DNA from: Planktomarina sp. | GTDB lineage: Bacteria > Pseudomonadota > Alphaproteobacteria > Rhodobacterales > Rhodobacteraceae | Direction of reading: 5' to 3' | NCBI GenBank assembly: GCA_020630015.1 | Contig: JAHDCF010000008.1 | Coordinates: 18,000-81,999, forward strand | DNA: 64,000 nucleotides | Shown here: in pieces, positions 49,681 to 59,157 of the stretch | How positions within the stretch are numbered: position 1 is the first letter of the stretch | Layout of the letters: each line of letters starts with the position of its first letter | Program-made: the position numbers and the translations under genes | The notes under the pieces: model-generated | Seen by the model: only the letters and a program-made list of their open reading frames with translations | The model's database searches: none | What the model was told of the DNA's origin: nothing

Positions 49681-50508
49681 ATGCGTTTTGCGGTTTTCAT
49701 CATGATTTTGGGAATGACCTTAATCCCTTTGGGCGATACCGCCAGCAAACTTTTGACCACCACACAAAACGCACATCCGTTCTTTGTCGCTTTTGCCCGG
49801 TTTGTTGTTGGTGCTGTTTTGATTTTTCCATTCCTGAAAAAACGCGATTGGTCCGTGTTTTTGCATCCACTGGTTTGGATCAGGGGGGTATTACTGGCGG
49901 CAGGCATCGGGTCCATAACAATCTCACTCACGACAACCGATCTGGCAACAGCGTTTGGGGGCTTGTTTTTTGCTCCAATTGTAAGCTTTTTCTCAGCCAT
50001 CCTTTTTCTCAAAGAAAACGTCACGAAACAGCAAACTTTATTGGCAATTCTAGGGTTTATTGGCGTTTTGTGCGTTGCTCAACCCGGTGAAAATTTCACT
50101 CAAGGAAATCTATTTTCACTGATCGCCGGCACAAGCTATGGGTTGTTCCTGACTGCCTCTCGGGCCGTTTCTTCCTTTGCCCGTCCTGTTCCACTTATTT
50201 TTTCACAATTGCTCATCGCGGCGATTATCGCATCTCCTTTTGCAATCCCAAAATCACCAACCGACCTGACGTCAATCTGGTTCCTTTTGGCCGTTTCAGG
50301 CGTCGCTTCGATGTTGGGGAATCTGTGCTTAATCGCGGCCTACTCCCACGCGCCAGCCACAAAACTAGCACCTTTGGTTTACTTACAATTGTTTGCCGCT
50401 CTTGGACTGGGTTGGCTCGTGTTTCATCAGTTACCGAACCCCTTTGCCATTTTGGGTCTTTGTGTGATCATCATTGCCGGGATCGGGACCGCCTTCTTAA
50501 AAAGATAG
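49681..50508 (+). CDS. DMT-superfamily (EamA-like) transporter
   Basis: A polytopic membrane protein with two EamA-like halves. Confidence 0.75.
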   Translation: MRFAVFIMILGMTLIPLGDTASKLLTTTQNAHPFFVAFARFVVGAVLIFPFLKKRDWSVFLHPLVWIRGVLLAAGIGSITISLTTTDLATAFGGLFFAPIVSFFSAILFLKENVTKQQTLLAILGFIGVLCVAQPGENFTQGNLFSLIAGTSYGLFLTASRAVSSFARPVPLIFSQLLIAAIIASPFAIPKSPTDLTSIWFLLAVSGVASMLGNLCLIAAYSHAPATKLAPLVYLQLFAALGLGWLVFHQLPNPFAILGLCVIIIAGIGTAFLKR

Positions 50509-50511
50509 GTG

Positions 50512-51108
50512 TTACCAATCACCTGTCGCGCGAATGGCAGATGAGCTATGGTCGCACATAGCGACGTTCACAAAGCACCACGCAGGTGCCTGGCAATTTG
50601 ACAACATTTGAGATTGGCTCGCAGGAACTCGTGCGTACCCAAAAATGCGGGCGGTGATCGAGGTGCGGGCATCAATTCGATCCCCCGGCCGGGCCAAAAT
50701 TCCCATCGGCATCATATACATGATATCTTTCCATCGTTCCCAAAGATGAAATTGATGCAAATTGTCTGCGCCCATCAACCACACAAAACTTGTTCTCGGA
50801 TAAATCGATTTAATTTGCTCCAAAGTATCAGCGGTATATCGTGTGCCAATGTGTTGTTCCAAATCTGTAAGGCGAACCCTTGGATGCGACATCACTTTTT
50901 GGGCGCGTGCCATCCTTTCGTGCAAAGGAGCCGGACCATTTTCCTTCAGCGGGTTTCCTGGGCTGATCAACCACCACACCTGATCAAGTCCAAAACGTTT
51001 CAACGCTTCCAGGGTAATGTGAACATGGCCATTGTGTGCAGGATCAAAGGACCCGCCCAAAAGCCCGATCCTTTGACCGGGTGCTGCATATGGATGCAAA
51101 AATTTCAT
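50512..51108 (-). CDS. nadD: Nicotinate-nucleotide adenylyltransferase
   Basis: Contains [18 protein letters not shown] ((H/T)xGH) and SSSAIR. The start is uncertain: ATG at 51108 or TTG at 51144. Confidence 0.88.
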   Translation of the reverse strand: MKFLHPYAAPGQRIGLLGGSFDPAHNGHVHITLEALKRFGLDQVWWLISPGNPLKENGPAPLHERMARAQKVMSHPRVRLTDLEQHIGTRYTADTLEQIKSIYPRTSFVWLMGADNLHQFHLWERWKDIMYMMPMGILARPGDRIDARTSITARIFGYARVPASQSQMLSNCQAPAWCFVNVAMCDHSSSAIRATGDW

Positions 51109-51195
51109 GTTTGATTGGCTACCGATCTGAAAGCGGTTTGCCAAGTCATGAGAGGGCCCCTAAAACCTGTGCAACTTACAGTTCGGAGAATTCCA

Positions 51196-52851
51196 ATGGC
51201 GGCATATCAATACGTTTATCACATGGATGGTGTTTCCAAAACATATCCGGGTGGAAAAAAATGCTTTGAAAACATTCGGCTTTCGTTTTTGCCCGGGGTA
51301 AAGATCGGCGTGGTCGGTGTAAACGGTGCTGGTAAATCCACTTTGCTCAAAATTATGGCAGGTTTGGACAAAGATTTCGTTGGTGAAGCTTGGGCGGCCG
51401 AAGGTGCAAATGTCGGGTATCTTCCTCAAGAACCGAAACTGGAAGAAGGTCTGAATGTTCGTGAAAACGTGATGCTTGGCGTAAAAGCAAAAAAAGACAT
51501 TTTGGACAGATACAATGAACTGGCCATGAACTATTCCGATGAAACAGCGGATGAAATGGCCAAACTTCAAGATGAGATTGATGCCCAAAATCTTTGGGAC
51601 CTCGACAGCCAAGTCGACGTATCCATGGAGGCCCTTCGTTGTCCACCCGATGATGCAATGCCCGAAAATCTGTCCGGTGGTGAAGCCCGTAGGGTGGCTT
51701 TGTGTCGTTTGCTTCTTGAACAGCCGGACATGCTGCTTTTGGACGAACCGACCAACCACTTGGACGCCGAAACCATTGCTTGGTTACAACAACATTTAAT
51801 CGACTACAAAGGCACGATCTTGGTTGTCACGCACGACCGCTATTTCCTGGACGATATCACAGGATGGATCCTTGAGTTGGATCGTGGTGCAGGAATTCCG
51901 TACGAAGGCAACTATTCAAGCTGGCTGGAGCAAAAAGCAAAACGCCTGGAACAAGAAGCCCGTGAAGATAAATCCAAACAAAAGACGCTGGAACGCGAAT
52001 TAGAATGGATGCGCCAAGGGGCGAAGGCCCGACAAGCCAAATCAAAGGCTCGGATCGCAGCATATAATGAAATGGCAAACCAGTCAGAGCGTGAAAAAGT
52101 AGGCCGTGCTCAAATAATTATTCCAAATGGTCCTCGACTTGGCTCAAAAGTGATTGAAGTAAGCAATCTCAAAAAGGCCATGGGGGATAAACTTCTCATC
52201 GAAGATCTCTCTTTCAGCTTGCCCCCTGGTGGGATTGTCGGTGTTATCGGTCCAAACGGTGCCGGTAAAACAACCTTGTTCAAAATGTTGACCGGTCAAG
52301 AACAACCCGATGAAGGAACCGTTGAATTTGGTGAAACTGTGCAGCTTTCCTATGTGGATCAAACCCGGGATGATTTGGATCCAAACGCAAATGTGTGGGA
52401 AGCCATTGCAGACGGATTGGATGTGATACAGCTTGGTGATGCTGAGGTGAACGGGCGCGCGTATTGTTCAGCCTTTAACTTCAAAGGTTCGACGCAACAA
52501 AAGAAAGTCAGCTTGTTATCAGGTGGCGAACGAAATCGGGTCCACATGGCAAGGTTGTTACGTTCAGGTGGAAATGTCCTGCTTTTGGACGAACCGACAA
52601 ATGATTTGGACGTAGAAACGCTTCGCGCATTAGAAGACGCACTTGTTGATTTCGCTGGTTGTGCTGTCGTTATCTCTCACGATCGCTTCTTTTTGGATCG
52701 CATTTGCACGCATATTTTGGCATTTGAAGGCGATGCACACGTAGAGTGGTTTGAAGGTAATTTCGAAGACTACGAAGAAGATAAAAAACGGCGTTTGGGT
52801 GCAGATGCATTGGAACCCAAACGAATGAAGCACAAGAAATTCACAAGATAG
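51196..52851 (+). CDS. ettA: Energy-dependent translational throttle protein EttA (ABC-F ATPase)
   Basis: The N-terminus is MAAYQYVYHMDGVSKTYPGGKKCFENIRLSFLPGVKIGVVGVNGAGKSTLLKIMAG, and there are two ABC cassettes. The start is the ATG at 51196 with a GGAGA RBS. Confidence 0.95.
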   Translation: MAAYQYVYHMDGVSKTYPGGKKCFENIRLSFLPGVKIGVVGVNGAGKSTLLKIMAGLDKDFVGEAWAAEGANVGYLPQEPKLEEGLNVRENVMLGVKAKKDILDRYNELAMNYSDETADEMAKLQDEIDAQNLWDLDSQVDVSMEALRCPPDDAMPENLSGGEARRVALCRLLLEQPDMLLLDEPTNHLDAETIAWLQQHLIDYKGTILVVTHDRYFLDDITGWILELDRGAGIPYEGNYSSWLEQKAKRLEQEAREDKSKQKTLERELEWMRQGAKARQAKSKARIAAYNEMANQSEREKVGRAQIIIPNGPRLGSKVIEVSNLKKAMGDKLLIEDLSFSLPPGGIVGVIGPNGAGKTTLFKMLTGQEQPDEGTVEFGETVQLSYVDQTRDDLDPNANVWEAIADGLDVIQLGDAEVNGRAYCSAFNFKGSTQQKKVSLLSGGERNRVHMARLLRSGGNVLLLDEPTNDLDVETLRALEDALVDFAGCAVVISHDRFFLDRICTHILAFEGDAHVEWFEGNFEDYEEDKKRRLGADALEPKRMKHKKFTR

Positions 52852-52858
52852 AGTGAAC

Positions 52859-52895
52859 GAACTTCAGCGGGTAAACTCGCTGAAGTTCTTCTTCC
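52859..52895 (+). terminator. Rho-independent terminator of ettA
   Basis: A perfect 11-bp stem, gaacttcagcg-ggtaaact-cgctgaagttc, followed by ttcttcctt. Confidence 0.7.
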
Positions 52896-52915
52896 TTGCT
52901 GAACGGGGACAAAAT

Positions 52916-53443
52916 TCAAGACCCAAATTTGCGGCACGTCTCAGCCACGTTTTGGGATGAAATCATTTTGAAGCCGATTTTTTGCGTTTGATCCGTTTCA
53001 ATGGCGAGCAACAGGCTTGGCTGCGTATTTCGACAGTTTGCGAAATACTCCCCCTCGGTGGGGACATTAAGTTCGATCAATCCATGTTCGCCCAAAAGCA
53101 ACAATAGCTGAGGCCGATGTTCACTTTGGTATTTGTCAACATACGGCCCCATCGGTGAGGGGCCAGAACAGATCGTAACGTCGTTCTGGCGACCGAGCCG
53201 AACGCCGTATATCGGATTGCCTGCATGGTCATCATACCAAGCTAAAAATCCCACGTGAATATCACCCGTGACTTCCGTCGCCGCCGAAAAACTCGGACTT
53301 CCTTTTGCTGAAACCGCGTGAAGACAATCATTAATTGCACCAACAAATACTTCATTTGGAAGATCTGCTTCTGCCACATGTGGCCACATCAAACACACGG
53401 ATGTGACGATAGTCTTTATTCGATGCAAGGCTTCAACCGTCAA
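52916..53443 (-). CDS. Hypothetical secreted protein
   Basis: A 175-aa ORF with a probable signal sequence (..IVTSVCLMWPHVAEA). I recognised no family. Confidence 0.4.
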   Translation of the reverse strand: MTVEALHRIKTIVTSVCLMWPHVAEADLPNEVFVGAINDCLHAVSAKGSPSFSAATEVTGDIHVGFLAWYDDHAGNPIYGVRLGRQNDVTICSGPSPMGPYVDKYQSEHRPQLLLLLGEHGLIELNVPTEGEYFANCRNTQPSLLLAIETDQTQKIGFKMISSQNVAETCRKFGS

Positions 53444-53480
53444 ATATCATCAACGACACTGTCTCAGAAAAGAGCAAAAA

Positions 53481-53684
53481 TTAGTCGTCGAGAACAAAGG
53501 TAACCTTAAGCGCGACACGGTATTCTGTGATTTTGCCTTCTTCAACGATTACATTTTGATCTTGCACCCAAGCACCTGTGACATTTTTGAGTGTTTTACA
53601 GGCCCTTTTCACACCTTCCTCAACGGCGTCATCAAATCCCTTTTTCGACGAAGAAATGATTTCTGTTACGCGAGCAACTGACAT
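53481..53684 (-). CDS. Dodecin-family flavin-binding protein
   Basis: MSVARVTEIISSSKKGFDDAVEEGVKRACKTLKNVTGAWVQDQNVIVEEGKITEYRVALKVTF is the dodecin pattern. The start is the ATG at 53684 with a GGAGG RBS. Confidence 0.8.
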   Translation of the reverse strand: MSVARVTEIISSSKKGFDDAVEEGVKRACKTLKNVTGAWVQDQNVIVEEGKITEYRVALKVTFVLDD

Positions 53685-53813
53685 TTCGAAACCTCCAATA
53701 TTTCTGTATAGCCATCTAAACATATGATCTTGGATAACCCAAGGGGAAGTAAGATGAGCTGCTTTGCCCATAAAATACTCGTATTTGCGTATTAGCCCCC
53801 TATATTCTCACGT

Positions 53814-54284
53814 ATGAAACGAAGAACTTTTACAATGGGCCTCGCTGCTTTGGCATCGGCCCCTGCCCTTCCGCTGAAAGCTGCGCCCCCCTCTGCTGTT
53901 GCTTTGAAATACTTTTCAAACGCCAAACTTGTTGTTCGGGCCCACAACAAGTGTTCCATTGATATGCTTTCCAGACTTTTCAGGATCGATCGCAATGTTG
54001 CCGCTGAAGTGCAGAGTTTACTGGCACAACGAGGTGTGATCACTGCTGCAAATCTGGATGGTGTTTCCATGGCGGTTAATCCGATGAATACCCATTGCAT
54101 TCCACGAGAGGCAATGAAGGCGACGAATTTCCAATCCACCGCGAATACCACACTATCCCGGCTTAAGAACCAGTTCCAAAGGACTATTGATCAGATCGCA
54201 ACAGATACGTCTGAAAGTGATGACACAGATGAAACCTTGCCCGAGACATCAGAGACCGATAGCGTGGCCCAAACCTCCTCTTAG
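53814..54284 (+). CDS. Hypothetical protein with a Tat-like signal (RRTF) and an acidic Ser/Thr/Asp-rich tail
   Basis: Begins MKRRTFTMGLAALASAPALPLKA. The central LSRLFRIDRNVAAEVQSLLAQRGVI segment looks like a winged-helix. This is the first gene of a three-gene same-strand cluster. Confidence 0.5.
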   Translation: MKRRTFTMGLAALASAPALPLKAAPPSAVALKYFSNAKLVVRAHNKCSIDMLSRLFRIDRNVAAEVQSLLAQRGVITAANLDGVSMAVNPMNTHCIPREAMKATNFQSTANTTLSRLKNQFQRTIDQIATDTSESDDTDETLPETSETDSVAQTSS

Positions 54285-54293
54285 GGAATTAAT

Positions 54294-54818
54294 ATGCGAA
54301 CATTTATTTCGGTTGCTTGTTTGGCGATTTCAGCCACACTCGCGCAAGCGCAAGACGGTGCTGAGCTTAATCTCGTCAAACAAATTTTGGCAGAAGCACA
54401 AGAAAATTCCTTTCGGAACAACCGTGAATATTGCGGCTATTTGGTGATCAAGCCAAACGGCATGTTGTCTGCAACATCGATTACCAAAGGCAGAAAAAAC
54501 TCCTGCCTGGCAGATGATTTTCCTGAGGAATGGACACCCATTGCCAGCTTCCACACCCATGGGGCACATGTCGACAATGAAAGCTTTGAAATACCGTCTT
54601 ATTCTGATGCTGAAGGCGACGAAGAAGAAGGGGTCGATGGCTATGTCGCGACACCGGGCGGTCGACTTTGGTATATCGACAGTCAAGATCGAGAGATCAG
54701 CCTGATTTGCGGTTTGGGCTGCTTGCCAAGTGATCCTCGCTTCGAAGAATATCCAGAAGATCGCCCACCGGATTTTTTTACTTACGAAGAACTTCGAAAC
54801 TATGAGCTTGAAGGCTGA
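54294..54818 (+). CDS. Secreted DUF4329-like protein (JAB/MPN-like motif)
   Basis: Signal peptide MRTFISVACLAISATLAQA. It contains NNREYCGYL...FHTHGAHVDNESFEIPSYSD, which fits an E ... HxH ... PSxxD arrangement. Confidence 0.6.
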   Translation: MRTFISVACLAISATLAQAQDGAELNLVKQILAEAQENSFRNNREYCGYLVIKPNGMLSATSITKGRKNSCLADDFPEEWTPIASFHTHGAHVDNESFEIPSYSDAEGDEEEGVDGYVATPGGRLWYIDSQDREISLICGLGCLPSDPRFEEYPEDRPPDFFTYEELRNYELEG

Positions 54819-54854
54819 TCCCAGTTTTTTTTTGGTTTCGGATCACTGGTTAAT

Positions 54855-55364
54855 TTGTCCACCCATGACTACGGCGGTGTAAGATTCCAAGTCCAAGATT
54901 GGCAACGCGTCTGGGTTGGAACCACTGTCCGCGAACATGCATTTCTGTCAGCTATGCCGAAGCAAGGCTCTGCGATTCAAGGGATGAAGGCAAAAGTTCC
55001 AAATGCTAATTGGTCTGCTTTAGACAAACGTGAATTCGCGTATGATCGCACTCCGATCACACATCTGAATTCAAGTGAGATGGATGTGGCATTGTATCGG
55101 GTAAAACCAGATTTGATCAAAAAAGAAGACACTTCATCAATTCTTCTGAGTTATCTCGATGTCGTCATTCAAGGGTATCATCAGAATTTCGGAATTGAGG
55201 GGGTTAAGGGCTTTTTCAAATCTACTATCGGTTGGGACCGTCCGATCCTAGACGATCGGAGTTGCCCAATATACCCACGCCATCAAACACTTTCCAAAAT
55301 TGAACAAGGGTTGGTGGATGATTGGATCATCTCTTCATCGGCGATGGTGAAACAACTGATGTAA
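54855..55364 (+). CDS. Hypothetical cytoplasmic protein
   Basis: A 169-aa ORF with a TTG start; the first ATG is at 54954. I recognised no family. It overlaps the convergent MATE gene end by 30 nt. Confidence 0.35.
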   Translation: MSTHDYGGVRFQVQDWQRVWVGTTVREHAFLSAMPKQGSAIQGMKAKVPNANWSALDKREFAYDRTPITHLNSSEMDVALYRVKPDLIKKEDTSSILLSYLDVVIQGYHQNFGIEGVKGFFKSTIGWDRPILDDRSCPIYPRHQTLSKIEQGLVDDWIISSSAMVKQLM

Positions 55365-56720
55365 TCGGCGATGGCCAAGAAATTCTGGATTTTCATCATC
55401 CCTCGGGGATCCAATGACACGGATCGCAACGACGAATGCCACCACCCCAAACAAAACACCACCAACGGCCTGACCGATTAAAACACCAGGGGCACCAAGC
55501 CATGCGGCAAAAACGTAAATCAAAGGGATTGTACCAAGTGTTTGCCGCCCCCAATTGATCCACGTGGAATAAAACGGGTGACCAAGGTTATTGAACGCCG
55601 CGTTGGATACAAAAATTAAACCATTAAAAAAGAACACCAAAGCCAGCGGACCACAGAAAAGAAAAACCAGTTCACGAGCGATACCGTCGGCGCCAAACAA
55701 ATCCGCGATCCATCCTCGGGTAAGAAACAAAAGTAACGAGACACCAATCACAACAAAAAACGTGAAAATTATGCCGTCTCGATATGCCTCTCGCACACGA
55801 TCATTCCGCCCGGCACCGAAGTTTTGCCCGATGATCGGACCAATGGCGCCGGAAAGTGCAAAAACAACACCAAAAGCAACTGGAGTTATGCGTGCCGTGA
55901 TCGCCATGCCAGCGACTGCTGCCTCGCCAAACTCAGCCATTGAACGTGTCATGTAAGCCGACCCAATTGGTGTGGCTAGCTGGGTCAAAATTGCGGGCAA
56001 CGCAAGAACGGCAAGCGGCGGGAAGTCTCTCATCATTTCCTTCATGGACGGCAAAATCAAACCACCAAACTCTCTATAAATCGGAATTAAGGCCGTCACC
56101 CCAATTGCCGCACGCGCGCAGACGCTTGCCCAAGCGGCACCCTGAAGCTCCAAACCAAGGCCGAAAATAAAAATTGGATCAAGAATCGCATTCACGACAC
56201 CTCCTGCGATTGTGGCAATCATAGCTTGCCGGGCCGCTCCATGTGCCCTCAAAATTGCGCTTCCCACAATTCCAAGAAGCAGTAAGGGAAGGCTGGGTAT
56301 AATGATGCGAAGATATTCGCTCGCCAGAACCAGTGTTTCACCACTTGCCCCCATTAACGCTGCCAAAGCGGGAATATTAATCCAAACGATCGCGGCGAAA
56401 ATCGAACCGAATATAAGACCATATATTATCGATGTACTGGCCTTGACGCGTGCCTCTTCATCTTGTCCTTGGCCCAAAGATTTCGCAACCAAAGCCCCTG
56501 TCGCGATCGACATTCCAATCCCAAACGACGTTGTAAAAAACAAAATAGAACCGGCATAACCCACGGCAGCTGCGAGAGCCGCATTTCCAAGCATAGAAAT
56601 GAAAATCATGTCGACAACATCGACAATGAAAACGGCCATTAATCCAATCGAAGCCGTCAGAGACATGACCGTTATGTGGCGAAGCAAATTACCTTCAAGG
56701 AATTTGGCTTGTTCGGCCAT
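55335..56720 (-). CDS. MATE-family efflux transporter
   Basis: A 12-TM protein whose N-terminus LEGNLLRHITVMSLTASIGLMAVFIVDVVDMIFISMLG is typical of MATE. Confidence 0.85.
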   Translation of the reverse strand: MAEQAKFLEGNLLRHITVMSLTASIGLMAVFIVDVVDMIFISMLGNAALAAAVGYAGSILFFTTSFGIGMSIATGALVAKSLGQGQDEEARVKASTSIIYGLIFGSIFAAIVWINIPALAALMGASGETLVLASEYLRIIIPSLPLLLLGIVGSAILRAHGAARQAMIATIAGGVVNAILDPIFIFGLGLELQGAAWASVCARAAIGVTALIPIYREFGGLILPSMKEMMRDFPPLAVLALPAILTQLATPIGSAYMTRSMAEFGEAAVAGMAITARITPVAFGVVFALSGAIGPIIGQNFGAGRNDRVREAYRDGIIFTFFVVIGVSLLLFLTRGWIADLFGADGIARELVFLFCGPLALVFFFNGLIFVSNAAFNNLGHPFYSTWINWGRQTLGTIPLIYVFAAWLGAPGVLIGQAVGGVLFGVVAFVVAIRVIGSPRDDENPEFLGHRRLHQLFHHRR

Positions 56721-56724
56721 TCCC

Positions 56725-58041
56725 CTACCGTTTCACATTTTGCAGCAAAGGCAGCAACGTTGCCATGTCCGGACCGTGGCTTTGGCCGGTCAGCGCTTTT
56801 CGAAGAGGCATAAACAGTGATTTCCCTTTTCTGCCTGTCGCTTGCTTTACGGATGCCGTCCATTCAGACCAAGTTTGTTCATCAAATGGCTCTTTCGGCA
56901 AAAGATCCATAGCTTGCTGCACGAATTCAGCATCTTCATCTGCAATGTCTGGTTCTGCGCCATCGCGAATTAAGCTCCACCATCCTTTGAGATCATGCAT
57001 CGTTTCAATATTGTCGCGTGTCACTTTCCAAAAGGTATCTGCCTTATCTGCGGGAACCCCCAACTGAGCTATTTCCTCTTGAACCTCAGAGAATGGCTTT
57101 GCTTGCAACGCTTTGGCAGTAAGTGGTTTCAGATCTTCAACATCAAACTTGGTTGGCGCCGATCCAAATTTGGTCAATTCAAAGCCTTCGATCAATTCAT
57201 CAAAATCCCTGCCTAATTCCACGGGATCAGAAGATCCAAGGCGCGCCAAGTGACTTAGGATCGCCATTGGCTCCATTCCGGCATCTCGAAGATCACGTAA
57301 AGCTAAAGTCCCCAAACGCTTTGACAATGCCTCACCTTGTGGTCCCGTCAGGAGTGAATGATGGGCAAAGGCAGGTACTTTGCCACCAATCGCTTGGATC
57401 ATTTGGATTTGTGTAGCTGTATTTGTGACGTGGTCCGCACCCCGAACGACATGGGTGACACCCATATCGGTGTCATCCGTGATCGACGCCAAAGTATACA
57501 AAACTTGGCCATCACCGCGGATAAGAACAGGATCACTTACCGAAGCTGCGTCAATCGAAAGATCACCTAAGATACCATCGGTCCATTCGATGCGTTCTTG
57601 GTTCAACAGAAAGCGCCAATGGCCGTCACGTTCTTGACGCAAACGATCCTTTTCTTCGGAAGAAAGACTAAGTGCCGATCGGTCATAAACGGGGGGCTTG
57701 CCCATGTTCAAAAGTTTTTTACGCTTCAGGTCCAGTTCCGTGGGTGTTTCAAAACACTCATAAAAGCGATTCAACGAACGGAGCTGATCGGCGACCTCTT
57801 CATACCTATCTAAGCGTTTTGATTGGCGTTCCACTTTGTCCCAATGGATGCCCAACCAATCCAAGTCTTGCTTAATACCATCCACATATTCTTCTTTGGA
57901 TCGTTCGGGATCTGTATCATCAATCCTGAGAATAAAGGTCCCACCGGCCTTGCGTGCAATAAGATAGTTGAACAATGCAGTGCGCAAATTACCAATGTGT
58001 AAATACCCGGTTGGTGAAGGGGCAAAACGCGTGACGATCAT
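56725..58041 (-). CDS. gltX: Glutamate--tRNA ligase
   Basis: Contains VTRFAPSPTGYLHIGNLRTALFNYL (HIGH) and LSKRLG (the KMSKS region). The start is the ATG at 58041 with an AAGGAG RBS. Confidence 0.93.
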   Translation of the reverse strand: MIVTRFAPSPTGYLHIGNLRTALFNYLIARKAGGTFILRIDDTDPERSKEEYVDGIKQDLDWLGIHWDKVERQSKRLDRYEEVADQLRSLNRFYECFETPTELDLKRKKLLNMGKPPVYDRSALSLSSEEKDRLRQERDGHWRFLLNQERIEWTDGILGDLSIDAASVSDPVLIRGDGQVLYTLASITDDTDMGVTHVVRGADHVTNTATQIQMIQAIGGKVPAFAHHSLLTGPQGEALSKRLGTLALRDLRDAGMEPMAILSHLARLGSSDPVELGRDFDELIEGFELTKFGSAPTKFDVEDLKPLTAKALQAKPFSEVQEEIAQLGVPADKADTFWKVTRDNIETMHDLKGWWSLIRDGAEPDIADEDAEFVQQAMDLLPKEPFDEQTWSEWTASVKQATGRKGKSLFMPLRKALTGQSHGPDMATLLPLLQNVKR

Positions 58042-58108
58042 GTCTGTCTCCTTAGACGGCACGTCGTCGTCTCACAGGTCTTGCGTGATGTCCAGAAAGA
58101 GACATCTT

Positions 58109-58537
58109 CTAATTCCCCTTTATGGGCCACTTTTTTCCCAGATCGTTTAAACCTGCGCGAATTAGCTCTTTCAAAGTGCCCTCATCCACGTCAGAAAGTT
58201 TATTGATATAGAGGCAAGACTTTCCAAGCTTGTGCTTGCCAAGCCTTTGTAAAACATCAGAAAAATCAGCATATCCCGGCATAATGTAAATAGACAAATT
58301 TGATTTCCTTGGGCTGAAACCAGTCGCAAGAAATTCACCTGACCGACCACTTTCGTAAGAAAAGTGATATTGACCATACCCGACGATGCTGGGACCCCAC
58401 ATACGAGGCGACCAATCAGTGACCTCTTGAAAAATTTCATTTAATCGAAGGCCATCCATCCTTCGTTGTGGATGTTCCACTTGACTCAGAAATAAATCTA
58501 CATCCGCATCAGTCGCAATTGTCTTATTCACCGCCAT
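58109..58537 (-). CDS. DUF1801 (YdhG-like) domain protein
   Basis: Begins TDADVDLFLSQVEHPQRRMDGLRLNEIF. Size and pattern fit the family. Confidence 0.6.
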   Translation of the reverse strand: MAVNKTIATDADVDLFLSQVEHPQRRMDGLRLNEIFQEVTDWSPRMWGPSIVGYGQYHFSYESGRSGEFLATGFSPRKSNLSIYIMPGYADFSDVLQRLGKHKLGKSCLYINKLSDVDEGTLKELIRAGLNDLGKKWPIKGN

Positions 58538-58718
58538 GACGGTTCTGTAGCATATTTCGGAGATTTTTGAAAACTGTAGGTTTGGATGCCAGCCAAACGC
58601 AAAAATCTGTCGGGTGGCGTGAATTCACAATAGCATTTTAATTTGCGCGTAACCCGGATGTGACTTTAGGGACAAGAAAATACATTGTATGCAACACCAA
58701 TGTAAAAAAGGACGCGAT

Positions 58719-59156
58719 ATGGCTTTCATTCTACGGATCGGATTTTTCATTTGCTTTTGTGCAACCCCTTTGGTCGCCGCAGAAGATCGTCAACTGACAG
58801 GTTCACAAATCCAAGCAATTCTGTCTGGGAACACGATGTCAACGGACGATCGATTGGCAGAGTACCACGGTGAAGATGGATTTGCAGTTATCCGAAGCCC
58901 AGATAACGCCGGAAAGATGTCCAAGAAAGTAGGTCGTTGGCAGGTCAAACGCGACACAGTTTGCTATAAATATTTGGACGAACCCGAAGCGACCTATTGC
59001 TGGCGCGTTTATCAATTGGCTGATGGTGCAATTTATCTTTGGGGAACGGAAAATCAGATCATCTTTGAGGTGATTTTGGCAAAGGGTGATCCGAGAAAGC
59101 TACAATCAGGCATCGATGCATCAGCGCGTGCGAAAGCTCTTTCGTTGCGTTTGTGA
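58719..59156 (+). CDS. Hypothetical secreted protein
   Basis: Signal peptide MAFILRIGFFICFCATPLVAA. The start is the ATG at 58719 with an AAGGA RBS. Confidence 0.45.
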   Translation: MAFILRIGFFICFCATPLVAAEDRQLTGSQIQAILSGNTMSTDDRLAEYHGEDGFAVIRSPDNAGKMSKKVGRWQVKRDTVCYKYLDEPEATYCWRVYQLADGAIYLWGTENQIIFEVILAKGDPRKLQSGIDASARAKALSLRL

Positions 59157-59157
59157 A

